From positions 128,001-192,000 of the forward strand of contig CAWJIM010000005.1 of assembly GCA_963842945.1 (NCBI GenBank): DNA of 64,000 bases, given 5' to 3'. This DNA is from an uncultured Gemmatimonadales bacterium. GTDB lineage: Bacteria; Gemmatimonadota; Gemmatimonadetes; Gemmatimonadales; GWC2-71-9. A model generated the notes under the pieces. It was not told the DNA's origin. It did no database searches and was given only the letters and a program-made list of their open reading frames with translations. Position 1 is the stretch's first letter. Each line of letters opens with the position of its first letter. Shown in pieces: positions 10,375 through 19,914 of this stretch. A program made the position numbers and the translations under genes.

Positions 10375-11353
10375 GAACACCAAATCCGCCTGGTCGGCTT
10401 CGGCGGTGGCTGCCTACCGTCAGCCCAACCCACGCATGCTCACCGAAGTTGCCGCGGGCCTGGCCGCGCCCCAGAAGGAGCTGCCGCCCAAGTACTTCTA
10501 CGATCATCGCGGCTCCGAGCTGTTCGAGGAGATCACCCGGCTCCCCGAGTACTATCCGACCCGAACCGAGCGGGCACTGCTCGAAGAGTGGATGCCTCAG
10601 CTCATCCCTGCTCTGGGGATTCGTTCCCTGGTGGAGCTCGGAGCCGGCAGTGCTGAAAAGAGCCGAATCATCCTGAGAGCAATGCGGGCTACCGGAATCG
10701 GCGGTGAGTACGTGCCGATCGACGTCAGCGCAAGCTTCCTGAACGACACGGCCACCCGTTTGCGGCGTGACTACCCGGGCCTGGTGGTCACACCGGTCGT
10801 GGCCGACATCGCGGAAGAGCTTACTCCGCCCGACCCGCTGCCCCACCCGGCTCTGTACGCCTTCCTCGGCGGCACCATCGGGAACTTCTATCCTCCGGCC
10901 GCCATCCGGCTGCTGGGACGGGTGCGCGCCGCCCTGACCGACGGCGACCGCTTCCTGATGGGAGTGGATTTGCGAAAGGATCCGCGCCGGATCGAGGCGG
11001 CCTATAACGACTCCCGGGGCGTGACCGCGGCCTTCAACCGAAACATGCTGCTGGTGCTCAATCACGAGCTCGGCTCGAACTTCGATCCGGACGCCTTTGA
11101 GCATCTGGCATTTTACGAGCCGGTGAATCACCGAATCGAAATGCATCTGATCTCGAAGCTGGAGCAGCAGGTCCGGATTCCGGGCATGGGGCTGGTGTAT
11201 TTCGCGGCCGGTGAATCGATCCGAACGGAAATCAGTTGCAAGCACGACCGGAGCAGCGTCAGCGAGTTGTTTACCGCCGCGGGCCTCCGCCTGGAATCCT
11301 GGCGGTCTGATCCCGAGGGGCTGTTTGCTCTGGTGGTGGGAGTCAGCACGTGA
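10367..11353 (+). CDS. egtD: L-histidine N-alpha-trimethyltransferase EgtD
   Basis: PPKYFYD, LFEEIT..EYYPTRTE, ELGAGSAEK, AYND..GVTAAFNRN, IRTEISCK. Confidence 0.95.
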   Translation: MSENTKSAWSASAVAAYRQPNPRMLTEVAAGLAAPQKELPPKYFYDHRGSELFEEITRLPEYYPTRTERALLEEWMPQLIPALGIRSLVELGAGSAEKSRIILRAMRATGIGGEYVPIDVSASFLNDTATRLRRDYPGLVVTPVVADIAEELTPPDPLPHPALYAFLGGTIGNFYPPAAIRLLGRVRAALTDGDRFLMGVDLRKDPRRIEAAYNDSRGVTAAFNRNMLLVLNHELGSNFDPDAFEHLAFYEPVNHRIEMHLISKLEQQVRIPGMGLVYFAAGESIRTEISCKHDRSSVSELFTAAGLRLESWRSDPEGLFALVVGVST

Positions 11354-12606
11354 CCAGCCCTGCGGTCGATCGCCTGACCGAAGATCTTGCCCGGGTGGCG
11401 TTCGCCGGCACCGCCACGGACTCGGTCAGGCTGCACCGGATCGGAGCCGAGGTTGAGTTCATCCCGGTGGAGGCGCTCACCGGGCGGCGCTGCGCCATCG
11501 AAGACGAAGGCGTAACCTCAACCCTACCGCTGTTGCGCCGGTTCGGGGCCAAACAGGGATGGCGCGAGGGCATTACCGCCAAGGGCACGCCTTGCTTTGC
11601 TGTTCCCGGTGGCGGCGCCATCACCTTCGAGCCGGGCGGGCAGCTGGAATACAGCTCGCCCCCTTGTTTCACCGGCAGCTCGCTTCTGGACAACCTCCGT
11701 TCGGTAGTACTGCCGCTTCAGGCTGCCGCGGCTGGAGAAGGCATCGATCTGCTGGCGGGCGGGATCGATCCGTTCAACTCCATCGATCGTGCCCCTCTCC
11801 TGATTCGGGCCAAGCGCTATCAGTTGATGGCTGACTACTTCGCCACGCTGAATCCGGCCGGGGCGCAGATGATGCGCCAAACCGCATCGTTTCAGGTCAA
11901 CCTCGATTTTCCGGACCACCCCTGGCTCGCCTGGCGGGTGCTTAACGCCATGGCTCCTTACGTCTCGGCTATTTTCGCGACCTCTCCGCTGTACCAGCGG
12001 AGGCCCACCGGGTTCCAGAGTACCCGCGCCGCGGTGTGGCGCGCGGTGGACTCCCGGCGAACTGGGATGGCGTATGATCGGACAAATCCGGTCGAGGCGT
12101 ATCGTCAATTCGCGCTCGATGCACCGGTCATGCTCCTTCCACAGGTGGACGGGAGATATTGCACCTTTGCCGAGTGGCTCGAGGTTGCCGACCTGTCTCG
12201 GGAGGATTGGCACGAGCACTTGAGCACTCTCTTCCCCGAGGTCCGGCCTCGGGGCCACCTCGAGCTTCGGTCGGCCGACGCAGTACCGCCGCAGTGGTTT
12301 GCCGCACCAGTCGCGCTTCTGGCAGGGATTCTATACAACTCCGAAGCGCTTCACGCTGCTGACGCCCTTCTCGGCTCACCCGATCCCGACCTGCTGGACC
12401 GCGCTGCTCGTTGGGGGCTGCACGATCCGGGTTTCCGGACCGCGGCCACGGATCTCTTCGAGATCGCCCTGGCGGGTTGTCGGGTACTGGGTTCAGGCTA
12501 CTTCCATCCTTCAGACCTGGAGCAAGCTGAGGCGTTCTTCGACCAGTACACCGGCCGGGGACGGGCTCTGGCGGACGATGTCCTGGAGGACGCCGTCGCG
12601 GCGTAG
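11350..12606 (+). CDS. egtA: Glutamate--cysteine ligase (GCS2 / EgtA-like)
   Basis: IGAEVE, TFEPGGQLEYSS, MMRQTASFQVNLD, HLSTLFPEVRPRGHLELRSAD. Confidence 0.85.
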   Translation: MTSPAVDRLTEDLARVAFAGTATDSVRLHRIGAEVEFIPVEALTGRRCAIEDEGVTSTLPLLRRFGAKQGWREGITAKGTPCFAVPGGGAITFEPGGQLEYSSPPCFTGSSLLDNLRSVVLPLQAAAAGEGIDLLAGGIDPFNSIDRAPLLIRAKRYQLMADYFATLNPAGAQMMRQTASFQVNLDFPDHPWLAWRVLNAMAPYVSAIFATSPLYQRRPTGFQSTRAAVWRAVDSRRTGMAYDRTNPVEAYRQFALDAPVMLLPQVDGRYCTFAEWLEVADLSREDWHEHLSTLFPEVRPRGHLELRSADAVPPQWFAAPVALLAGILYNSEALHAADALLGSPDPDLLDRAARWGLHDPGFRTAATDLFEIALAGCRVLGSGYFHPSDLEQAEAFFDQYTGRGRALADDVLEDAVAA

Positions 12607-12647
12607 TACGTATCGAGCAAGCCACCAACTCTGGCACAATCCACGAG

Positions 12648-13490
12648 CTGCCACCTGTCGTTTCCACCGGCTGGTTGGCGGCTCGTCTTGCATCGCCCGG
12701 TCTCAAGGTGGTGGACGGCTCCTGGTATCTGCCGGGAAGTGGCCGGTCGGGCGCGCGCGAGCATGCCGAGGGACACATCCCTGGAGCCGTGTTCCTGGAT
12801 CTCGATGAGGTGAGTGACCAGAGCTCCTCCCTGCCGCACATGCTCCCTTCCGCCGATGAATTCGCAGACCGAATGAGCGCGCTCGGCTTGAACGATCGAG
12901 ACGACCTGGTGGTCTACGATGGCTCCGGGACCAACCTGAGCGCAGCGCGGGTCTGGTGGATGTTCCGGGTATTCGGCCACAGTCGAGTGGCGGTGCTGGA
13001 CGGCGGCATGGGCAAGTGGCGATCCGAAGGACGGCCGGTGGAGCGGGGAATCGTTCAACTGCCGCGCGGCCACTTCAGCGCCGGCTTGAACCAGAGAGCC
13101 GTGCGAGATCTGGCGGCCATGCGGGCCAACCTGGAGCATCCGGCAGAGCAGGTGGTTGATCTCAGGCCGGCGGGCCGGTTCCGGGGAGAAGAGCCGGAAC
13201 CCCGGCGCGGGGTTCGGTCGGGCCATCTTCCGGGGAGCATTAACCTTCCTTTTACCGAGCTGGTCAATCCCGACGGCACGATCCTTCCTCTCAGCTCCCT
13301 CCGCCGGCGTCTCGAGGCTGCCGGCATTGACCTTTCGCAACCCATCGTTGCCACCTGCGGCTCCGGAACCAGCGCTTGCACCCTGGTTCTGACCCTCGAG
13401 CTGCTCGGCCACAGAGACACCGCGTTATACGACGGCGCCTGGACCGAATGGGGGGGCCGGAGCGATACGCCGGTCGGAACCGGACCATGA
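12648..13490 (+). CDS. sseA: Two-domain rhodanese / 3-mercaptopyruvate sulfurtransferase; start codon uncertain
   Basis: VSTGWLAARL, GHIPGAVFLD, ARVWWMF, VLDGG, active-site loop CGSGTSA, LYDGAWTEWG. Confidence 0.85.
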   Translation: MPPVVSTGWLAARLASPGLKVVDGSWYLPGSGRSGAREHAEGHIPGAVFLDLDEVSDQSSSLPHMLPSADEFADRMSALGLNDRDDLVVYDGSGTNLSAARVWWMFRVFGHSRVAVLDGGMGKWRSEGRPVERGIVQLPRGHFSAGLNQRAVRDLAAMRANLEHPAEQVVDLRPAGRFRGEEPEPRRGVRSGHLPGSINLPFTELVNPDGTILPLSSLRRRLEAAGIDLSQPIVATCGSGTSACTLVLTLELLGHRDTALYDGAWTEWGGRSDTPVGTGP

Positions 13491-13500
13491 AGGAGCGGAC

Positions 13501-15028
13501 GTGGGTATCACCATCAATGCTCGCTTCGTCACCACCGAAGGGGAGAAGCCAGCGAGCCCGGCCCTGGCGCTGGGCTGCATGGCGCTCTTCCTGTTGCCCT
13601 TCGGTGCGGCCGGGATCTTCGGTCTGGTGGTGGGTGCCAAACGGGCTGTTGAGGGCAATTCCCACGATGCCGGCGTACTGCTCCTGGTGGGTATGGCGTT
13701 CACGCTGGTTGCGGGCGCCGGCTACACCGGACTGTTTCTGGGCCGCCGAAAGCTCGCAGAACAGGAGAGACTGAGGGCCCGGCATCCCGATCAGCCCTGG
13801 TTCTGGCGGCCGGACTGGGCCACCGGCCAAGTCCGCGATAGCACGCGGGCAACTCTCTGGGGCTCCTGGCTGTTCTCCGCTCTCTGGAACCTGGTGAGCC
13901 TCCCGGTTGCGATTGTGGCCCTGCGGGAGGCGTTACAGCTGGGCAACCGTGCGGCCTATGCCGCAGTCATTTTCCCCATAGCCGGCCTCGGGCTGCTGGT
14001 CTGGGCCATCCGCAACACCCTCCGATTCCGAAGAGACGGTACCTCCGTCCTCGAGTTGTCTACCCTTCCGGCCGTCATAGGCCACCGTCTGGTGGGGCGG
14101 GTTCGAGCGTCCAGTCTGCTGCAGCCGGCTGCCGGCTTCGAGGCTGTCCTCAGCTGTGTTCGCCGCGTAACCAGTCGAGGCAGCGAGGATAGTTCCACCA
14201 CCGAGAGCATCCTGTGGCAGGAAGAGAAGCGGGTGCGCGGCGAGCCCAATCGCGATCCCCGCGGCATGGCGACATTCATTCCGATTGCCTTCCAGATTCC
14301 GAGACGACGTGCGCGGCTCAGACCCGACGGCCTCGAACGATTATGTGCTCTGGCGTCTGACGCTGTCCGCTGCGATACCTGGAGTGGATTACCAGTCGGT
14401 GTTCGAAGTGCCGGTCTTTCGCACCTCTGCCAGTGATACCGCGCCAACTGAGGAGGATCGACGGGCTGGAGCCGAACAGGCGCTGAGCCTGACCGAATAT
14501 CGGCAGCCGGCCGATTCCCGCATCAGCGTGGTCCGGAATCGTCGAGGTGTCGAGCTCACCTTTCCCGCCGCACGCAATCCAGGGGCGGCACTGGGCTTGA
14601 CTGTCTTCACCCTGCTCTGGTCAGGCATCGTCGCGGCGCTGATTCGATTCCATGCGCCGCTCTTCTTCCCGGTCGTCTTCGGGGCTGTCGGGTTATTGCT
14701 CGTGGTGGGAAGCCTGGAGCTGTGGCTGACCGTCTCCCGGGTGGTGGTGGATAAGGAATCGATCACTGTCGCTCAGGGCTATATCTATGCCGGCTCAGAG
14801 AAGATCGTCCCGTCGGCCCAGATCGCCTCGGTGATCACCAAGATCAGCATGCAGGCCGGCTCGCGGCCGTATTACGACGTGGTGCTGGTGACTACTGCAG
14901 GAAAGCAAATTGCCGCCGGCCGCTGGATCCGCAACAAGCGCGAGGCCGAATGGCTGGCGGCCACCATAAAGGAAGGGTTAGGGCTATTGGGCCGGGGGAG
15001 CGAGGTTCCCGCAGGCCACAATCACTGA
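13501..15028 (+). CDS. Multi-pass membrane protein (DUF3592-like); frameshift near 14295
   Basis: Hydrophobic segments and PDQPWFWRPDW; continues in ORF 14285-15028 (WRLTLSAAIPGVDY..FEVPVF). Confidence 0.65.
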
Positions 15029-15463
15029 CATGTTCTTGGACGAGGCGTGCACGTTGATAAAGTACCTTCCGGTCCGTGGCAGCGAGGTGGCCAGGTTTGC
15101 GCTCGCCTCCGCTCGCCCGTCGTCTTTCACCTTGAGCGGGGGATACGCGTCGGCTGGACCCGCAATGCCCTGATCCGAGCCACACTCACCCCGATGCACG
15201 TGCCAGGGATGGACTGCCTTCGGCAGCGCATTGGAGATGGAGATGTGAGCGACGATCTGACCCTGGTTCTTTGGATCCACCGCAACCCAGCCTTCTCCCC
15301 TGATATCCGCCACCCCCGCGAGCTGCGGCGGACTGGAGAGAACCGCGTTCCATCGCGAAGACACTGTCTGTGCATCGGGATTCATCTCCACCGGTTTCCC
15401 TCCGCCGCAGGACGTCAACGCGAAACCCAGCAGGGTCAGACCGACAAGGTGGCGACTCTTCAT
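14984..15463 (-). CDS. Lipoprotein with Cu/Zn-SOD-like or CHRD-like fold
   Basis: Lipobox LTSC; HPWHVHRGECG; YFINVHAS..IVACGNL. RBS GAGG before the ATG at 15463. Confidence 0.7.
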   Translation of the reverse strand: MKSRHLVGLTLLGFALTSCGGGKPVEMNPDAQTVSSRWNAVLSSPPQLAGVADIRGEGWVAVDPKNQGQIVAHISISNALPKAVHPWHVHRGECGSDQGIAGPADAYPPLKVKDDGRAEASANLATSLPRTGRYFINVHASSKNMSVIVACGNLAPPAQ

Positions 15464-15569
15464 AGGAACCTCGGGAGGAGGCGGGGAACGGCGCTTGGCC
15501 TTAATGCGCAACGTATATGCGCCTCGACGCGCTCCGTCGCCGTGATGAGCGACACAGGTGCCGGCTGCG

Positions 15570-16832
15570 TCAGCGGAACAGCCCTCCGTAGCGCAACGGC
15601 TCCCCGGTTTCCCACGGGCGGTACCGGTTGGCAAAATCGACCCTGTCGCCCAGCGACGGATGACTGCCCCGCCACAGCCGGTACAATGTGCCGGGCCGGG
15701 GCACGGCAAGGTTCTCCTGCTGCAGCCGCACGAACGTCGTGGCAGCCGCATGATTGTCCCGGGTGAGCTCGAGCCCGAAACGGTCGGCCTCGTGCTCCTG
15801 ATGCCGGGTATAGGCCAGCACCAGTGGCGTGGAGATCAGTGAGACGGCGGTGGACAACAGTAGCAGCAGGGGCAGCGACGCAAAATCCGACAGGCGATCG
15901 AAGCCAAAGCGGCCGGAAAAGCGCGCGATCAGCCGCCCGGCCAGCCGGTGCACTACGTAGAGAGAGAGCGTCGTCAGCAGCGTGATCACGCCGATCAGCG
16001 CGGCGACATGTCCCAACACGAAATGTCCCATCTCGTGCCCGGTCACGAACGCCACCTGATCGGGATCCAGCTTCTCCAGTATCGTGTCCCAGAGAACAAT
16101 CCGTTTGGTGGAGCCCACGCCGGTCACGTACGCGTTGACCGTCTTGGTATCGACGCTCTTGTCCACCTGGTAGACTCTGCTGCCCGGAATGCCGGCGCGC
16201 TCGGCCAGCTGCAGGATGCGCTGTTCCAGGACGTGATCCTTCATCGGCCCGAAGTGATTGAACAGCGGATCGATCCACACCGGGGCCACGATCAGCAGGA
16301 ACGTCGCAATCGGCGCGCTGGCCATGCCGGCGTACAGCCACCAGCGGCGGGGACTCCGCCGAAGCAAGAGGTAGGGAATCCACAGGACCAGCGCCAAGCC
16401 GAGCCCGCTCAGCCCCACTCCTTTGAGCCAGTCACCCACCCACTTGCTCAGGCTCTGGTTCGAAAGCCCATAGGCGTGCTGTCGGACAAAGCCTTCGTAG
16501 TAGGCGAGCGGCAACCCCAGGACTGCGGATATCGCGGTGAACAGCAGAGCGTACACCATCAGCGATGGCAGCCAGGAACGGCCCACCCGAAAAGCCGCCG
16601 AGCGCACTCGGGCGGACCATCCGGTGTACAGGAGCAGCGCGGGAAGCAGCAGGCTCAGGGCCGTGCCGAGTGCCCAGAGAACATTCCCGCTCCGGTAATA
16701 CTGGAGCGCCAGGGGCGTGGGGTCCGGCACCCTGACCTCGGCGGTTTGAATGCTGTCGCGCGACAGCGCCGGGGCCTCCCCCTGCGGGCCGCGAACGGCT
16801 ACACTAGTCACGCCAAGTTCTGTTGGGACCAC
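15570..16832 (-). CDS. M48 (Ste24/HtpX-like) membrane zinc peptidase
   Basis: NAYVTG, HEMGH, EHEAD, SHPSLGDR; several TM helices. Confidence 0.92.
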   Translation of the reverse strand: MVPTELGVTSVAVRGPQGEAPALSRDSIQTAEVRVPDPTPLALQYYRSGNVLWALGTALSLLLPALLLYTGWSARVRSAAFRVGRSWLPSLMVYALLFTAISAVLGLPLAYYEGFVRQHAYGLSNQSLSKWVGDWLKGVGLSGLGLALVLWIPYLLLRRSPRRWWLYAGMASAPIATFLLIVAPVWIDPLFNHFGPMKDHVLEQRILQLAERAGIPGSRVYQVDKSVDTKTVNAYVTGVGSTKRIVLWDTILEKLDPDQVAFVTGHEMGHFVLGHVAALIGVITLLTTLSLYVVHRLAGRLIARFSGRFGFDRLSDFASLPLLLLLSTAVSLISTPLVLAYTRHQEHEADRFGLELTRDNHAAATTFVRLQQENLAVPRPGTLYRLWRGSHPSLGDRVDFANRYRPWETGEPLRYGGLFR

Positions 16833-16855
16833 TCACGTTCTCCTCCGAGGCAAAC

Positions 16856-17059
16856 ATGCGAGCGCTCTTTGCCATTCTCGCGCTGCTGGGTGTAGCCGGC
16901 ATAGCGTTCGGCGTACTCACCATCATTCGGGGCGCCAGTGGATCCAATGCGGCACCATTTAGTTTCGAGAACTATGGCGGCCCCGGCCCCATCATAGCCG
17001 GGGTGGTCGTGCTGGCGGCAAGCCTCTACCTGCTCTCCATCTGGAAGCCCCGGGAGTAA
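16856..17059 (+). CDS. Small two-helix membrane protein
   Basis: RBS GAGG plus ATG at 16856; two hydrophobic segments. Confidence 0.6.
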   Translation: MRALFAILALLGVAGIAFGVLTIIRGASGSNAAPFSFENYGGPGPIIAGVVVLAASLYLLSIWKPRE

Positions 17060-17081
17060 ACCCTCTGATTAGGAGCGGACC

Positions 17082-17297
17082 ATGCGACCCCTTTCGCTGA
17101 TCGGCATCGTTCTCCTGGCCCTCGGAGCCTTCATCATCTTCCGCGGCGCCAGTTACAAGTCCAAGGACGAAGTGCTGAGGGTCGGAGACCTCAAGGCCTC
17201 AGTCGAGGAGAAGCATGCGGTCCCGACCTGGGTCGGCGGAGCCGCCATCGTCGCCGGTGTCGTGCTCCTCGCGGCGGGGATGAGACGGCGCGCCTGA
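17082..17297 (+). CDS. Small membrane protein (DUF3185-like)
   Basis: RBS AGGAG; TM-loop (VLRVGDLKAS..VPTWVGG)-TM. Confidence 0.75.
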   Translation: MRPLSLIGIVLLALGAFIIFRGASYKSKDEVLRVGDLKASVEEKHAVPTWVGGAAIVAGVVLLAAGMRRRA

Positions 17298-17302
17298 CCC
17301 CG

Positions 17303-17638
17303 GTGACCTACCAGCGAATCTATCGAGTTGTCCGCCGAATTCCCCGCGGACGGGTCGCGACCTACGGTCAGGTCGCGGCGCTCGCGGGCCTCCATGGCCA
17401 TGCCAGGCAGGTTGGGTACGCGTTGCACGCACTGCCCTCGGGCAGCACGGTGCCCTGGCACCGGGTGGTCAATGCCCGAGGTGCTATCAGCCTTCGCTCG
17501 GTGCCTGGCGCCGAGCTGGTGCAGCAACAGCTGCTGGCGCGAGAAGGCGTGCGGTTGGACGGAAAAGGACGGGTTCCCCTCAGCCGGGTGCGTTGGGTTC
17601 CTCGGACCGGCGCTCGAGGCCGCCGGGTTAGCCGGTGA
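17303..17638 (+). CDS. Alkyltransferase-like protein (MGMT family, Atl/YbaZ)
   Basis: IPRGRVATYGQVA, ARQVG, PWHRVVN (Trp in place of the catalytic Cys). Confidence 0.9.
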   Translation: MTYQRIYRVVRRIPRGRVATYGQVAALAGLHGHARQVGYALHALPSGSTVPWHRVVNARGAISLRSVPGAELVQQQLLAREGVRLDGKGRVPLSRVRWVPRTGARGRRVSR

Positions 17639-18540
17639 TCATTCACGTTCTCGGCGTACCGATGGATCTGGGTTCGGGCCGTCGGGGTGTCGACATGGGC
17701 CCCTCCGCCATCCGGATCGCCGGCATGGGCGCGCGTCTGACCGAGCTGGGCCACAAGGTCGTCGATGAGGGCGACATTGTCATCAAGAATATCGAAGAGC
17801 TGAAGGTCGGTGACGAGCGGGCCCGCTATCTCCCCGAGATCGCCCGAGCAGCCACGGCTGTGGCGCGAAAGGTCGAGCGTATCATCGGGCTGAAACACTT
17901 TCCGCTGGTACTCGGGGGAGACCACTCCATTGCCGTCGGAACGGTGTCCGGCATTGCCGCCTTCGCCCATAGTCAGGGCAAGAAGCTCGGGCTCCTCTGG
18001 ATCGACGCCCATGGCGACATCAATACTCCCGAAACCTCACCCACCGGAAATATTCACGGAATGCCCCTTGCCGCTCTGCTCGGGTTTGGAGCTCCGGAGC
18101 TGACCAGTGTCGGAGGACCTACGCCCAAAGTGGATCCGGCCAACGTTGCCTTGGTCGGGATTCGAAGTCTCGATGCCGGAGAGAAGAAGCGGCTGAAGGA
18201 AACCGGCGTGCAGGTCCATACCATGTCCGACATCGACCGGCATGGGGTGTCTCGAATCATGAAAAAGGCACTGGGCCAGGTCACCGCCGGCACCGACTTC
18301 GTGCATGTGAGTCTGGACCTCGACGCGGTGGACCCTTCCGTGACTCCCGGCGTCGGAACGCCGGTCAAAGGCGGGCTGGCCTACCGCGAGGCGCACCTCA
18401 TCATGGAGGTCATTGCCGACGCCGGCGTCATGACCTCGCTCGAGGTGGTCGAGGTCAATCCCATCCTGGATGAGGGCAACGCTTCGGCCGAGTTCGCCGT
18501 GGAGCTGGTCCAGTCGGCCTTCGGAAAGAAGATCCTTTAG
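17635..18540 (+). CDS. rocF: Arginase
   Basis: GVDMGP, GGDHS, DAHGD, SPTGNIHGMP, SLDLDAVDP, EVNP. Confidence 0.95.
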   Translation: MIIHVLGVPMDLGSGRRGVDMGPSAIRIAGMGARLTELGHKVVDEGDIVIKNIEELKVGDERARYLPEIARAATAVARKVERIIGLKHFPLVLGGDHSIAVGTVSGIAAFAHSQGKKLGLLWIDAHGDINTPETSPTGNIHGMPLAALLGFGAPELTSVGGPTPKVDPANVALVGIRSLDAGEKKRLKETGVQVHTMSDIDRHGVSRIMKKALGQVTAGTDFVHVSLDLDAVDPSVTPGVGTPVKGGLAYREAHLIMEVIADAGVMTSLEVVEVNPILDEGNASAEFAVELVQSAFGKKIL

Positions 18541-18625
18541 GACTGCGGGCAATCTTCGGGGGCTTTCCCTTTGTGGGGGGCGCTGTGTACTATAGGTCGA
18601 TTCTGCCGGGAGAGTCGGCCCATGC

Positions 18626-18907
18626 TTGAGTTTGAGTCTTATCCCTCGCCCCAGCGCGGTCCGGCGCGTCTGCAAGTCCTCCGGTAGTATTCGCCCGGCT
18701 CAGAGCGGCGACAGCAGTCTCGAAGCCCGGCTGAAGCCCGACTGTGCTCACATCTATCCCGGCGTGGATCCCGCAGTGTGGTATCGGGTGCTGCAGGAAG
18801 GCGAATACCGGGATGAGATGGAAGGGCTCTGGATTCAGGTGAACGACTGGGTGACCTACGTGCTGGCCAAGCATTTTGATGTGCAGTCCCGCGCCGAGAT
18901 GCACTAG
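18626..18907 (+). CDS. Small hypothetical protein; start uncertain
   Basis: Protein-like core EARLKPDCAHIYPGVDPAVWYRV; stop abuts the convergent gene. Confidence 0.5.
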   Translation: MSLSLIPRPSAVRRVCKSSGSIRPAQSGDSSLEARLKPDCAHIYPGVDPAVWYRVLQEGEYRDEMEGLWIQVNDWVTYVLAKHFDVQSRAEMH

Positions 18908-19336
18908 CTACTGCTCCAGCGTGGGCGCAAGCAGCTCGCGCACTTTCCTCCCCAGCTGTTCTGATGTGAAGGGCTTCTGAATGAAGGGGACCGTTGGATC
19001 GAGCGATCCTTCGGTGACCATCCGTCCCGCCGCAAATCCGGACATGTAGAGCACCCGAATCTGGGGCCAGCACTGGGCAATCGTCTCTCCCAGCTCACGG
19101 CCGCCGATGCCCGGCATGGCCACGTCGGTTACCACCCCGTCGATCCGGTGTGCTCCGCGGCGGAGCAGCCGAACCGCTTCCTGTCCACTCCCGGCGACCA
19201 GCACTCGGAAGCCCAGAGTGACGAGCATGCGAGCTGCCAGCCTGCGGACCATCTCCTCATCGTCCACCACCAGCAGCGTTGGGTGGGTCAGGCCGTCTGA
19301 CTCCGACTGACTGAGATCAGCAGTCACTAGGCGCAT
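18908..19336 (-). CDS. Single-domain response regulator receiver
   Basis: LLVVDDE, TDVAMP, YMSG, IQKPF. Confidence 0.9.
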   Translation of the reverse strand: MRLVTADLSQSESDGLTHPTLLVVDDEEMVRRLAARMLVTLGFRVLVAGSGQEAVRLLRRGAHRIDGVVTDVAMPGIGGRELGETIAQCWPQIRVLYMSGFAAGRMVTEGSLDPTVPFIQKPFTSEQLGRKVRELLAPTLEQ

Positions 19337-19584
19337 TCTCCATCGTCGCCAATGGAGTGGATCGAGATCCACGGCTCGCGCCGGATTACGGCTGCTCCTG
19401 CGTGAGGTCGCCACCGATGGCGACGAGCCCAGAAGGCGACATATGGGCCCCCAACTCGGCGATCACTATGGACTGATCAGAAAGGATCAGCCGTGCCGAA
19501 TGTCACAGGTGGAGTGCGATTCGGGCCGCCCGAAGTTGTTCACGTGTCGTGATCCCAGTCACCGATTCGGCGAAGCATCGACAT

Positions 19585-19914
19585 TTACGGCTTCGCGTCA
19601 TCCGATGGCGCACCTTGCTCCAGCCAGCTTCGAAAGAATGTGGATTGTCGTGCGAGGTGCCAATCGGCAAGAACTTCGCGCGCCATTGCAAGCATCGGTC
19701 CGGTCGCGCCATCGCGGCTGAGGCAGCAGTCAGTCAGCCACTGCTCGTATAGCTCCGGCTCAGGATCCTGACGCACGGTCTCTTCCAGTATGCTGCGTTT
19801 GAGCTCGAGTCCAATCGAATCGGGTGTGGTGTTCCGCTTTCGTTTCCGGCGACGGCCCTCTGATGCGTCGAGGGCCGCAAGCAGCCGGCTACAGACCTGC
19901 GCCGGCCGCATCAT
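19585..19914 (-). CDS. Hypothetical protein, last gene of the FDH operon
   Basis: Overlaps the fdhE end; LLAALDASEGRRRKRKRNTTPDSIGL. Confidence 0.65.
   Translation of the reverse strand: MMRPAQVCSRLLAALDASEGRRRKRKRNTTPDSIGLELKRSILEETVRQDPEPELYEQWLTDCCLSRDGATGPMLAMAREVLADWHLARQSTFFRSWLEQGAPSDDAKP

Noticed and set aside
16272..16281. Partial match GATCCACACC to the 19-bp motif
   Set aside because: Only 10 nt and inside a coding region; compatible with chance.
19388..19494. tRNA-Sec (selC) beside the FDH operon
   Set aside because: No UCA anticodon loop, no GTTCRA T-loop and no CCA end on either strand.
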